Shown here piece after piece: positions 28,342 to 38,376 of a stretch of 64,000 bases of DNA. The DNA is from a virus. Taxonomy: Duplodnaviria > Caudoviricetes. The stretch spans positions 1 through 64,000 of the IMG/VR virus record IMGVR_UViG_638276472_000001. One strand, given 5' to 3'. The translations under genes were made by a program, and so were the position numbers. Under the pieces are notes generated by a model, which saw only the letters and a program-made list of their open reading frames with translations, did no database searches and was not told where the DNA came from. Position 1 is the stretch's first letter. Each line of letters opens with the position of its first letter.

Positions 28342-30909
28342 ATGGGTGGCGTACCAGGTGATGGCGTAGACGGCGGAATTAATCCGAACGACTTCAGCAT
28401 CGTTGGACCTATGCTCAGTGGCCTTGAGGGGCGTACTGAGTCGAACATCCGTGCCTCCCTTAATGAGCAGGTCAAGAACAACGGCACCCTGACTTCGTTC
28501 TCGCAGAAGGTTTTTGCTGGCATCAATCCAACTTTGGGTATGGTGGCTGGCATTATCGACGCTATTGTGCGTCAGATCATTCAGGGTGTGGGTGAGGTCG
28601 GTGAGAATGCTGAGGAATGGATCGAGCATCTGCTCTCCAATCTGAACACCTTCTACCACAACCTGGGCGAGTTCCTTGGCTCCATCAACTTCCTGTCGCC
28701 AGACTTCAATCCTGCTGCTGCCGCACAGGAGTTCGTTGAGCTGATGCTGTTGCCCTTGAACCTTCTTCTGGGGCCGAATTCGCCTTTGAACTTGGCGAAT
28801 GCGTTCGGCAACTTGACCCGCGTGAACATCGGTGCCATTTCGCGTGAGCGTCCGAACCTGGTTCAGGCTGGCACGTTCCCTTTGGGCTCCATTGCTACCA
28901 ATAGCGATTGGGAACTTGTTGGGACTGGTCGTACCGACGATGGCACCGGCTCCGTAAAGGTGACCGCTGATGGGTATCATAAGGCGCTGCGTACGGGTAG
29001 GAACGCAACTGACACGATTCTGGTCGGTGAGGGGCAGACTTTCGACTGGGCTTTCCATGTGAGCTGGACTGGCTACTCGGGCGCGGGGGAGGTGCTTCAC
29101 CTCCAGGTGGTGCCGTACATCGAAGGCGTTCCCCAGGTCCCCGTTAACGTGGCTGCGCTTGATCCTGAGGAATCAGAATCGGAGTGGCCGGGTGTTGAGG
29201 TGGCCGGAAGTTGGACGGTGCCTGAGAATGTCACTGGCGTGCAGATGCGTATTCTTCTCACGTCCGATGCCTTGGCGGGGACCTTCTTTATTGACGATGT
29301 GTCGGGTCGCCAGGATTCGACGTTCCGCCTTGAGTGGATTGATGGCCTGCCTGAGGCTATCCAGGACATGATTGCACGCTGGCAGTCTACCTTGAACACC
29401 ATCTTCACTGCCGTGACGGGTGTTCCAAATGCGTTGGCAGAATTGGCCGATATCGCAGAGGCGTTGGCCAGCATTCCATTCAAGAATATTCAGGGCGTGT
29501 TGGGTCCCGGAAACATCGGCGGTTCGCTGATTGAGGCTATTAATGCCCTGGTGGGTGGCCTGGTGGGGCAGCCTGGCGAGGGCGCTTCGATTGCGGACCT
29601 GTTCAACATCGGCAAGCTGGTTTCTTCCATGGCCTCTCAGGGACGCTTGGCGTGGGAAAAGTGGGGTCAGCGCAACAATAAGCCGGTGGCTGGTGGACTC
29701 CTACCTTCGTCGTCGGCGAACTACGAGATCACCTCTATCAATACGAGTCTCGAAGCTAGGCAGGATAAGTCGCTGATTGGTGTCATCCGTGTCACGCAGG
29801 ACATGCCGCTGGGCCTCATCTCGTGGCTGGGCTACGGCTCGGCGAACTTGGACGCGTTCTACGTCAACATCTGGTACATCGATCCCACTGACGGCACAAG
29901 GGATTTGATCCACCACTCGCCAAACCTGGTGGGGGACTTGGTTGCTGGAACAAACGTGGGATGGCACTTCTACTCCCTTGCGGAGGGTAACATCCCAGGC
30001 TTGCTCGCGGGTGAGGATTACGCTATCGAGTTCGTGCCGGTTGGTACTGGCACGCACTACATTCGCGGCATGTCGAGGGATGACGACATTCCGGACCATC
30101 CTTATGCGCAGGTCGTTGGCCTTGCCGCTACCCGTGACAACACCACCAGTCCAGACAGCCCACCGGCCACTATCGCCAAGGCTTCGTGGGTCTCGTCGGG
30201 TGAGATCCCGTGGTTCTGTATCGCCGTCGATACGGGAAATGATGTGGACTATCATGACCCTTTGTCGGTGCCGTTCAACGACGATGGCCAGATCGCGGTT
30301 CCCCGCTGGGCCAAGTATGTTGATGTGATCGGCGTTGGCGGTGGTGGCGGCTCACGTCAGGGCGGTACTGTCGGCTTCTATGGTGAGCCTGGCGAGCCTG
30401 GCAAGTGGAATGCGACTACTTGGGTTCGTGGAATTGACTTCTCGGGTGACACTGTTTTTGTCAACCTCGATATCGGTAATGGCGGTTACGGTGGCCAGGG
30501 CCTCGGCTCGGCGGGTGCGGATACTATCATCACCCTAAATGAGCACACCCTTACCTGCGAAGGTGGCGACGGCGGTACCTCGCTTCGCCCAATCGTCATC
30601 GGCGGCAACCCGTATGGCCTTGGCGCTGGTGAGTTTACTTACAACGACGTGCTTTACAAGGGCGGCTTGAATCAGCAGTCCTATTCGGGGGCTGGGTCGG
30701 CACCTGGTGGCGCTGCCATGGGCGGTAACTGGATTCTGTTCTCCCCCGGCGCATATGGCGGCAAGGGAGCCGCATGGGTTGTGTTCCGCTCGGCAGCACC
30801 GGGTGAGGCCACTCCCGAAGAGCCAGATCCGGTTGAGCCACCCGAAGCTCCGACTGTGACTGTCGTTTCAACTAGCTACCATTCGATCAAGATTGCAATT
30901 GAGGCATAA
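28342..30909 (+). CDS. minor tail protein, Gly-rich C-terminus
   Basis: 855 aa; jelly-roll-like segment; GGGGG repeats. Confidence 0.85.
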   Translation: MGGVPGDGVDGGINPNDFSIVGPMLSGLEGRTESNIRASLNEQVKNNGTLTSFSQKVFAGINPTLGMVAGIIDAIVRQIIQGVGEVGENAEEWIEHLLSNLNTFYHNLGEFLGSINFLSPDFNPAAAAQEFVELMLLPLNLLLGPNSPLNLANAFGNLTRVNIGAISRERPNLVQAGTFPLGSIATNSDWELVGTGRTDDGTGSVKVTADGYHKALRTGRNATDTILVGEGQTFDWAFHVSWTGYSGAGEVLHLQVVPYIEGVPQVPVNVAALDPEESESEWPGVEVAGSWTVPENVTGVQMRILLTSDALAGTFFIDDVSGRQDSTFRLEWIDGLPEAIQDMIARWQSTLNTIFTAVTGVPNALAELADIAEALASIPFKNIQGVLGPGNIGGSLIEAINALVGGLVGQPGEGASIADLFNIGKLVSSMASQGRLAWEKWGQRNNKPVAGGLLPSSSANYEITSINTSLEARQDKSLIGVIRVTQDMPLGLISWLGYGSANLDAFYVNIWYIDPTDGTRDLIHHSPNLVGDLVAGTNVGWHFYSLAEGNIPGLLAGEDYAIEFVPVGTGTHYIRGMSRDDDIPDHPYAQVVGLAATRDNTTSPDSPPATIAKASWVSSGEIPWFCIAVDTGNDVDYHDPLSVPFNDDGQIAVPRWAKYVDVIGVGGGGGSRQGGTVGFYGEPGEPGKWNATTWVRGIDFSGDTVFVNLDIGNGGYGGQGLGSAGADTIITLNEHTLTCEGGDGGTSLRPIVIGGNPYGLGAGEFTYNDVLYKGGLNQQSYSGAGSAPGGAAMGGNWILFSPGAYGGKGAAWVVFRSAAPGEATPEEPDPVEPPEAPTVTVVSTSYHSIKIAIEA

Positions 30910-32885
30910 TGGCTACCATCGGTTTCAACGTCTACCTGAACGGCGAGAAGGTGAACGCCGCTCCGGTTCCTCGCACGGGTCCTGTCACTGAGCACCTATT
31001 CGATGAGCTGGACGAGAATACGGAATACCACATTGAAGTCTCGGCAGTGAACAGCGCGGGGATGGAAGGTCCAAAGTTCGACCTGGGGTTGATCCCCACC
31101 GACCTGTATGTTCCATCCGGCGACGAAATGCATCCTGACGATGCCGCCAAGATTGATGCTGTGATGGAGAGGTGCCTGGGCGAGTGGAAGATGGGTCCCG
31201 GCATGATGGTGTACACCACGGGGCCTAAGGGTTCCTACATGAAGGCCTACGGCTGGGCTGACAAGGAAAAGACCAAGCCGATGACCACGGATATGTATTT
31301 CCGCGTCGGCTCGCACACGAAGACGTTTACGTGCATGGCCATTCTGATGGCTGTGGACAAGGGCCTCATCTCGCTTGAGGACACCATCGACCAGTTCGAT
31401 AGTGACCGTTGGACTTTGAGCGACCTTCCGAATTCCGACAAGATCACTATCCGCCATCTGCTTATGATGCGCGCCGGGTTGTTCAATGAGCAGAAGGACC
31501 TTGGCGTGCTGCTGATGTTCTATTTGAACAAGCAGTACCCGTGGTCGGACGATGCCACTTTGCGCGTGCTGAAGAGCCATTCCCCTGATGCTGATCCTGG
31601 CACCGTGTTTTCGTATGTGTCGGGTAACTATGCCGTTATGGGCGCGATCCTTGAAGCCGTGGATGGTCGTCCCGCACGTCAGATCATTCAGGAAGACATC
31701 TGGGACGAGCTGGGTATGAGTGACACCTCCTGGGGCACACCGTATCTGCCACAGCCTTCGCCCCGTGGCTACGGCGGCATGGGTAGCCTTGATGCAGACA
31801 CGACCAACTTCAATCCCGAGTTGGCGGGTCTCGCAGGCGCGATGGTATCCACCATGGCAGATGTGAATAAGTGGTTGGTCGCGTGCTACGAGAATCACTT
31901 CCTGTCGGATGAGTTGAACAATCTGTGGCACAGCACTGGTTGCTGGATGAGGTCTGGTGTCGCACCGGACGTTCGAGACGGTGTGCCCAAGTATTTCGCT
32001 TACGGGTTGGCGAATTACCTCATGGGCGACTGGCGCGGCCACGCTGGCTCGTGGGTTGGATTTGAGTGCTGCCCGATGTTCAATATCGTTGACGGTACTA
32101 CGTGCGTCATCGTTGAAAACTCGCAGTCTCCAGATTATTTGGGTGGCGGGGCGGCACCTATCCTGCGTGCGCTCCCTGCGCTTTGCGAGGCGGTGTGGCC
32201 TGATTCTTTGTACGAGACCCCAGAGGAACTGCGCAACACTTGCACGATCCCAAGCGATCCGTTCGTGTACAGCACGGCTCCAGCGAATGTGAACTATTCG
32301 GGAATCTCGCCTGCTTTCAAGGGCCTTGGCTCCGCAAGCGTCACTTGGAATCCCGCTGTCGATACTGACGTGTTTGCAATGGTATGCTGGGATAGGAACG
32401 GTGGTGTTACTCCTGTCGCCGAGTTCGGCGGCGAGGAAATGGAACTGGTAGGCCTCACCTACAATGACAACAACACCGGGAAGGGCGCTACCGCAATCTT
32501 CAGGGCACCGAAGACTGGCACTGGTGAGCCAAAGCTATTGAAGATCACGGCTTCTGGCTGGATTACCGGCTTTGGTTTGGCTTTGTCCAATGTGGCGTCC
32601 GTAGACGAGCCGGTCTATGCGACCGGGTATGGCAACGTTGCTGAGGCTGACATTGTCAATGAGGACGACGGCAAGACGCTGATCTGCCTTGGCGCTGGCA
32701 ACGGTGGTGGCCCCCACTACGAGTGGGGTTGGATCAACCTTGGTGTGCGTACACGCGGCAGGGAGCATAGTACGAATCCTCCGCTGCTGGTTGCGACTTC
32801 GCATATTTCGTCGCACATCTCGTCTACCGCCAAGGGTAAGAACTACTGGGGTCTTGTGACTGTTCATGTGAACTTCGAGGAATAA
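30909..32885 (+). CDS. minor tail protein with serine beta-lactamase / D-Ala-D-Ala carboxypeptidase domain
   Basis: FRVGSHTK (SxxK), FSYVSGNY, GHAG; N-terminal partial FN3. Confidence 0.9.
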   Translation: MATIGFNVYLNGEKVNAAPVPRTGPVTEHLFDELDENTEYHIEVSAVNSAGMEGPKFDLGLIPTDLYVPSGDEMHPDDAAKIDAVMERCLGEWKMGPGMMVYTTGPKGSYMKAYGWADKEKTKPMTTDMYFRVGSHTKTFTCMAILMAVDKGLISLEDTIDQFDSDRWTLSDLPNSDKITIRHLLMMRAGLFNEQKDLGVLLMFYLNKQYPWSDDATLRVLKSHSPDADPGTVFSYVSGNYAVMGAILEAVDGRPARQIIQEDIWDELGMSDTSWGTPYLPQPSPRGYGGMGSLDADTTNFNPELAGLAGAMVSTMADVNKWLVACYENHFLSDELNNLWHSTGCWMRSGVAPDVRDGVPKYFAYGLANYLMGDWRGHAGSWVGFECCPMFNIVDGTTCVIVENSQSPDYLGGGAAPILRALPALCEAVWPDSLYETPEELRNTCTIPSDPFVYSTAPANVNYSGISPAFKGLGSASVTWNPAVDTDVFAMVCWDRNGGVTPVAEFGGEEMELVGLTYNDNNTGKGATAIFRAPKTGTGEPKLLKITASGWITGFGLALSNVASVDEPVYATGYGNVAEADIVNEDDGKTLICLGAGNGGGPHYEWGWINLGVRTRGREHSTNPPLLVATSHISSHISSTAKGKNYWGLVTVHVNFEE

Positions 32886-35008
32886 TGGCTGACGAAACCT
32901 TTTGGTGGGCTGAGACTTTCGTCCACCTTGAGACTGGCATTGGATCGGCTGAGGTATTTGGGTTGCCTCAGTTGACGTTTGGTGCTGTTGAGGTCAGCCC
33001 ACTTGGCATTGCTACTGGTGAAGCGTTCGGCGCGACCGTGGTCATCGGTCCTCCGCAGTTCGTACACCCGGCTGGTATCGAATCCGCCGAGGCGTTCGGT
33101 CAGCACGCAACTGGGTCTGCGGTTATCCCCGTAGGTATCGAATCGGCTGAGGCTGTTGGCGTTCCAATGTTGGGACCCACCATTCACGCTCTTGGCATCG
33201 AGTCGGGAGAAGCGTTCGGCGCGACGTTGTTCATCAACCCAGGGAAGCCAGAGTTGGTGGATTTCGCTATCGCAGATGGCAATTCACTTACCATGCCAGA
33301 CCATCAGCCGGGAGACCTGCTGCTGTTCTTCGGCTACTTCGATGGCGTGAACCACCCTCACCCGCCGACGCCTTCTGGCTCCAACCCCGCATACTGGGAG
33401 CTGTTTGACCAGAATAACAACCAGAACTCCATTACCGTGGCCGCTGCAATCGCAGAGAGCAATTCCCACACGTCGGGAACGTGGTCTAACACCGATGCTC
33501 TCGCCTGCGCCGTGCTGAGGGGTGCTGACCCGCTGTACCCTATTGGATATACTTCCGTTGGGTTCGGGTCGGGGTCGAATCAGTCTGTGGCACCAGAATT
33601 GTCGAACTTGTTTGATAAGTCAGGTAAGTCGAACCTGCTCTACGGTCATGGCCACAAGACTGTAACCTCGTGGGGTGCAGCACCCTCCGGATTTACACGC
33701 TTGGGGCAGACCAACGCCAACTTTGCGGTGAACGTCAAGGATGACACCACCACTGACGGTGCAGCCACCCAAACCGCGACCACCTCTTCGTCGTCTGGCT
33801 ATGGCGGAACGATCATCGAGGTCAAGCAGGCCCCGGTTCCTGGCGTGACATGGACCCGTACCTGGGCTGGTAACGGTACGGTGGATGGCAGCCAGACGCA
33901 GTGGTATGCCGAAGGCGACCGCATTATCCTTTTCATGGTTCAGGACCGTGCCGTGTCTTTCACCGCTACCGTGGACGGCACTCCGCTGAAGCGCGTGGCC
34001 CTGGTTCAGTTCACCGGCATTGGTGGCGTGGCGATGCTGGCGACTTACATCTCGGAGCCTTTGAGCGAAGGCAACCACACGCTGGAGTGGGATGTGGGTG
34101 CGTGGACTGCCATCTCCGCTCTTCAGGTCACCAATGCCCATGGGGTGTGCGGAATTCCGAAGACCCTGGTGGATACCGGCAATGGATATCATCCCGTTGA
34201 TGCTCCAAAGTGCGCTGGTGGGCGTATCTTCCATGCGTTCGGATGTGGCAACAACCCCGGATTCGGCAACCCGACTGGCGGTAACTGGCGTTGGGTCACG
34301 AACAGCAACTCGTCTATCGCCGTCTCGGACTGGGATGATGCCACCGTGTTTGCTGTGACGAAGAGTTCGTCGTCGCCACAGTGGGCTGGCTTGTCGATTG
34401 ACTTTGGCCCACTGGAATCCATGGATGAGAACGCGATTGGGCCGCGATGGGAGAACCCTCCGCAGGTGGTGGACTTCGGCTCTGGTGGAAGCCTTGAGGG
34501 AACTGCTGAGGCTATCGAGGGCGACACTTTGGTGTTCGACTTTATCATCGACCGTGGAACCACAACTCCGCCAACTATTTTGATGAACGGCACGCCAATG
34601 CCGGTGGCCCACTACGTCAACTTCACTGGGGCCTCGTCAAACGCCATGATGGTTCGTTACATCGTCGAGAACGTTCCCGGTGGCACGCTTGAGTTCGCCT
34701 CCAGCGGTGGCAATTTCACGTTCGGCAACTGGACCGCTCAGGCGTCGTTTGTGAGGTGCAACGAAGTTGGTGCTACCACTTCGGTGTTCGGTGCCGGGGC
34801 ACCGTCGCAGGACGTGACGCTTGATCCCGGCGAGTTCGCCCTTCAGGCGTTTGGAGGCGTGAACAACCTCAACAGGTGCCGTGGTGGCTTGCAGATCAAC
34901 TACACCAATGACGGTGCCTGCATTACCACACAGGTGGCAGATGAGTCCACGACGTTCACGTGCCCAGCGTCGCAGTACCATGCGGGCATGGTAACCAAGT
35001 TCAACTAA
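32885..35008 (+). CDS. minor tail protein
   Basis: N-terminal GIESAEAFG-like repeats, beta-rich modules. Confidence 0.85.
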   Translation: MADETFWWAETFVHLETGIGSAEVFGLPQLTFGAVEVSPLGIATGEAFGATVVIGPPQFVHPAGIESAEAFGQHATGSAVIPVGIESAEAVGVPMLGPTIHALGIESGEAFGATLFINPGKPELVDFAIADGNSLTMPDHQPGDLLLFFGYFDGVNHPHPPTPSGSNPAYWELFDQNNNQNSITVAAAIAESNSHTSGTWSNTDALACAVLRGADPLYPIGYTSVGFGSGSNQSVAPELSNLFDKSGKSNLLYGHGHKTVTSWGAAPSGFTRLGQTNANFAVNVKDDTTTDGAATQTATTSSSSGYGGTIIEVKQAPVPGVTWTRTWAGNGTVDGSQTQWYAEGDRIILFMVQDRAVSFTATVDGTPLKRVALVQFTGIGGVAMLATYISEPLSEGNHTLEWDVGAWTAISALQVTNAHGVCGIPKTLVDTGNGYHPVDAPKCAGGRIFHAFGCGNNPGFGNPTGGNWRWVTNSNSSIAVSDWDDATVFAVTKSSSSPQWAGLSIDFGPLESMDENAIGPRWENPPQVVDFGSGGSLEGTAEAIEGDTLVFDFIIDRGTTTPPTILMNGTPMPVAHYVNFTGASSNAMMVRYIVENVPGGTLEFASSGGNFTFGNWTAQASFVRCNEVGATTSVFGAGAPSQDVTLDPGEFALQAFGGVNNLNRCRGGLQINYTNDGACITTQVADESTTFTCPASQYHAGMVTKFN

Positions 35009-35017
35009 GGGGAAGAA

Positions 35018-35425
35018 ATGGCAAACGCATTGTACGACAAGGGACGTGAGAAGTTCCTTACTGGTGACATCGACTGGCTGAACGATAACATCAAGGCCTA
35101 TCTCATTGACGTTGCGGACTACACCGTAGACCTCGCAAATGATGAGTTCCTTGACGACATCCCCAGCGGGGCAATTGTCGCTACCTCCATCAACCTCACG
35201 TCGAAGACCGCGACCAGCGGCGTGGCCGACGCGGAGAATGTGGTGTTCACTCTCGTGGAGGGTGACCAGTCGGAGGCTGTTGTCTTGGCCAAGGATACGG
35301 GCACTGCTGGCACGTCTCCGCTGATTGCCTACATCGACAACGCAACCGGACTTCCGGTGACCCCTAACGGTGGTGACATCACTGTCGTGTGGGACAACGG
35401 GGGCAATAAGATTTTCAAGTTGTAA
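35018..35425 (+). CDS. minor tail/structural protein
   Basis: LIAYID..TGLPVTPNGGDITVVW....IFKL motif of phage tail proteins. Confidence 0.8.
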   Translation: MANALYDKGREKFLTGDIDWLNDNIKAYLIDVADYTVDLANDEFLDDIPSGAIVATSINLTSKTATSGVADAENVVFTLVEGDQSEAVVLAKDTGTAGTSPLIAYIDNATGLPVTPNGGDITVVWDNGGNKIFKL

Positions 35426-35434
35426 GGGGTTGCT

Positions 35435-35920
35435 ATGAGCTGGGCGAAGATTCTCACTTCACCCCAGCCAATCGAGGGGGCCGCACTTATCATCCCGGCG
35501 CGACACCCGCTACAGATGTGGTTGACTGGTGCGTTGGTGATTTTGGGTGTGATGCAGACGATTTACGGTCCTCCACGCTCGTCGGTCCTGAATGAGCTTC
35601 TGATGTCCACCTTCTTGCTGCACATCGCCATGCCGATCCTGGGCGCGGTGTTGTGTCTGCTGAGTTCGGCGGTGTCGAATAGGAAGCCTTTCGACGCAAT
35701 GATTCTCAGTTGCGGTGGCGCGTTCTTCCTCGCGGCTGTGTTCTTGTTTTATGCCGCAACGTATTTCGTGTATCTACCGTATTGGTATGCGTCGTTTGCG
35801 TTTTGGCTGAGCGCTGGTATCGGCATGGGGTTCTTCCACAGGTGGTGCCAGTTGGTCGTGCAGTTCATCACCGTGAAGCGTAAGGGGTTGGTTGATCCGC
35901 TGCGAGGGTTGGAGCCATAA
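35435..35920 (+). CDS. four-TM membrane protein
   Basis: Four hydrophobic segments; upstream of lysin A. Confidence 0.8.
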   Translation: MSWAKILTSPQPIEGAALIIPARHPLQMWLTGALVILGVMQTIYGPPRSSVLNELLMSTFLLHIAMPILGAVLCLLSSAVSNRKPFDAMILSCGGAFFLAAVFLFYAATYFVYLPYWYASFAFWLSAGIGMGFFHRWCQLVVQFITVKRKGLVDPLRGLEP

Positions 35921-36285
35921 TGGACTGGTGGCAGACGACTCTTCTGAGCGTCCTGACCGCTGGTGTCGGCATCATGCTAACTATGCTCCTCAACCGCAAC
36001 AAGGACGCCAATGCTTTGGCGCACAAGGCAATCAACTCTACCCGTGCCCAGTTCGAGGTGATCGAAACCTTGAAGACCATCTCGTGGTTGCAGGCTGTTC
36101 GCCTGGACGAGTGGGAGAATTGGGGTAGGGAGGCCACTCAGGTGTTTAATGAGACGGCACGGATTCATGAGGAATGTGGATGCAACACTTCGCATCTCCC
36201 GCGAATGCCATCTCCACCCGAGGGGCATCTTGATCTACGACGTTACTGGCGACAGATTGAAGAGGCTGTCGCAGACAAGGAGTAG
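35920..36285 (+). CDS. single-TM membrane protein
   Basis: N-terminal TM helix; TAATG coupling. Confidence 0.75.
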   Translation: MDWWQTTLLSVLTAGVGIMLTMLLNRNKDANALAHKAINSTRAQFEVIETLKTISWLQAVRLDEWENWGREATQVFNETARIHEECGCNTSHLPRMPSPPEGHLDLRRYWRQIEEAVADKE

Positions 36286-36287
36286 TA

Positions 36288-37796
36288 ATGGATGTAGGGA
36301 CTTTGCGTCGTGTCATGTCTCCTACTGATGTTTCTGACGCGAAGCTGGCTGAGTATCTTCCGCATTTCGTGGAGGCGATGAACGCTGCCCAGATCAATAA
36401 TCAGCGTCGCTTTGCTGCGTGGTGTTCTCAGATTGGGCACGAGTCGGGTGGCCTCAAGTATATGGCTGAGATCAAGACATCCGATCCTAACTGGAGTTGG
36501 GACCGTACTCGTTACCGTGGCCGTGGACCTATTCAGTTGACGTGGCAGAGCAATTACCGCAAGTTCGGTGTGTGGTGCAAGAAGATGGGCTACGTGTCGG
36601 ACAGTGAGCTGTTTGTGAATCAGCCCGAGCTTGTGGAGCAGCCTCGTTGGGGTTTCCTTGCGGCGGCGTGGTATTGGATGGAGGGTGGCCCAAAGCCGGG
36701 GCAGATCAACGGATTCGCGGACGCTGGGAATATTCTGGCTGTGTCGCGTTGTGTGAATGGTTGGGTGGAGTCGCAGCTTCCGAATGGCTGGACGGATCGT
36801 CAGGCTCGATGGAATCGCGTGCTGGCCATCCCGTTTGATGGGTCCTACACTCCTGCCACTACTCCTGAGCCTGGGTTCACTGGTGACCCGTGGTGGCTGG
36901 CTGATGTGTTGCGCGCGGAGGGTCTTCGCGTGTTCGAGGTGGATGGTTGGCAGAACCGTGGCCAGGGCGACCAGGGAACTTTCTGGGGGGTCATGTTCCA
37001 CCACACTGGTTCTCCGAACGAGACTCCGGAGGGCATTGCCTTCCACCCGACTTTGGGTTTGGCTGCCCACATTCTGATCAAGCCGAACGGCGACGTGTGG
37101 GTGTGTGGTATCGGTAAGGCGAACCACGCTGGTCGTGGCGATTATCCTGGCCTGCCTACAAACAACGCGAACCCGGTGATGATCGGCGTCGAGGTGGCGA
37201 TCCTGCCTCGCAAGGATGCTCCGCACCGTGAGGGCTGGCCAGATGTGCAGTACGACGCAACTGTGAAGGTGCATGCGGCTATTCTCCGCAAGCTGGGGTT
37301 GCGTGCCGATAGGTGTATCTCGCACCGTGAGTGGGGCGAGCGCGCGCAGGGCAAGTGGGACCCTGGCGCTATTGACATGAACATTCATCGTCGGGACGTG
37401 CAGGCCCGTATCGATTCGTTTAATCCCGTTGGGGGAGATGGAGGTTGGCTGATGGCTCTCTCGGATGCAGAGCAGCGTGAGCTTCTGGACAAGGTTCGTC
37501 AGCTATGGGGCGCGTCGTTTAATCCCGTTGGGGACACTGCGATCTTCGGTAATCCTGACCCGAACCACAAGATCCCGAACAAGGATCGCTTGACCTACAC
37601 CGATGGCAATGTGTGGGATTCGCACGTGGCGGATCTGGCGAAGGCTGGTGTGGATTGGGCCATCGAGATTGTGGTTCGCACCGCAGCGGGTCGTGGGCCT
37701 CTTGGTGATGTGGATTGGGTGAAGGCATACGCCGTGAGCGTGCTGGAGTCGATCCCGAATAAGGAAGAGGTGCTGGGGAATTGGGACCCATCGTGA
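36288..37796 (+). CDS. lysA: lysin A (GH19 glycoside hydrolase + amidase_2)
   Basis: QIGHESGG, YRGRGPIQLT (GH19); HHTG, ANHAG, IGVE, HREW, KWDPG (amidase). Confidence 0.95.
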   Translation: MDVGTLRRVMSPTDVSDAKLAEYLPHFVEAMNAAQINNQRRFAAWCSQIGHESGGLKYMAEIKTSDPNWSWDRTRYRGRGPIQLTWQSNYRKFGVWCKKMGYVSDSELFVNQPELVEQPRWGFLAAAWYWMEGGPKPGQINGFADAGNILAVSRCVNGWVESQLPNGWTDRQARWNRVLAIPFDGSYTPATTPEPGFTGDPWWLADVLRAEGLRVFEVDGWQNRGQGDQGTFWGVMFHHTGSPNETPEGIAFHPTLGLAAHILIKPNGDVWVCGIGKANHAGRGDYPGLPTNNANPVMIGVEVAILPRKDAPHREGWPDVQYDATVKVHAAILRKLGLRADRCISHREWGERAQGKWDPGAIDMNIHRRDVQARIDSFNPVGGDGGWLMALSDAEQRELLDKVRQLWGASFNPVGDTAIFGNPDPNHKIPNKDRLTYTDGNVWDSHVADLAKAGVDWAIEIVVRTAAGRGPLGDVDWVKAYAVSVLESIPNKEEVLGNWDPS

Positions 37797-37948
37797 GCGA
37801 TTGGCTCTATGACGCTGGTGCGTGGACGGGACGGAATCTAGTAGCCCCGTTCCTTGACGGGCTTTTGGACGAGGTGGGACCTGTTGTCTCCAAGCATGTT
37901 TCGGAGCGTGTCTCGCCAAAGAATTGGTTGAAGGGATTGTTCTCGTGA
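37793..37948 (+). CDS. hypothetical protein (51 aa) in lysis cassette
   Basis: MSDWLYDAG...NWLKGLFS; GTGA overlaps at both ends. Confidence 0.7.
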   Translation: MSDWLYDAGAWTGRNLVAPFLDGLLDEVGPVVSKHVSERVSPKNWLKGLFS

Positions 37949-38376
37949 GTGAGAAGATCAAGGAATATGCGAAGGCTATCACTGCCTTCATCACCACTGC
38001 CGCTGTACTTGCGGGTGCGGTTCTAGCCGTGCCGGGGATCACCCTGTTGCTTCCGGCTACGTGGATCACCGTCCTGGGCATCGTGGCGGCTGCCGGTGTC
38101 GTGGGTGGTGTTGTTGCCGGTTCGCCAGCGAACAAGATCCCACCGGACAAGCTCAAGGATGCTGTGGTGAATGAGGTTGTTGAGGTGGCCAAGGGCGCTA
38201 CGTCGTCGGTGCAGAAGGCGATCCGTGAGTACATGGACAACGCCTCGCAGCAGTTCCCGATGCCAGCAAAGACGCAGGTTACGGAGATTGGCAACCAGCT
38301 TCCACGTGTTGTACGTGACACCGTGGATTCTGTTGTGAACCAGGTTATTCAGGAATACCAGTCGAAGGTTAAGTAA
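37945..38376 (+). CDS. holin
   Basis: EYAKAITA, two TM helices, PAN; between lysA and lysB. Confidence 0.8.
   Translation: MSEKIKEYAKAITAFITTAAVLAGAVLAVPGITLLLPATWITVLGIVAAAGVVGGVVAGSPANKIPPDKLKDAVVNEVVEVAKGATSSVQKAIREYMDNASQQFPMPAKTQVTEIGNQLPRVVRDTVDSVVNQVIQEYQSKVK

Noticed and set aside
32936-33220. Repeats GGTATCGAATC.GC.GAGGC as a possible CRISPR array
   Set aside because: In-frame degenerate peptide repeats (GIESAEAFG) within a tail protein
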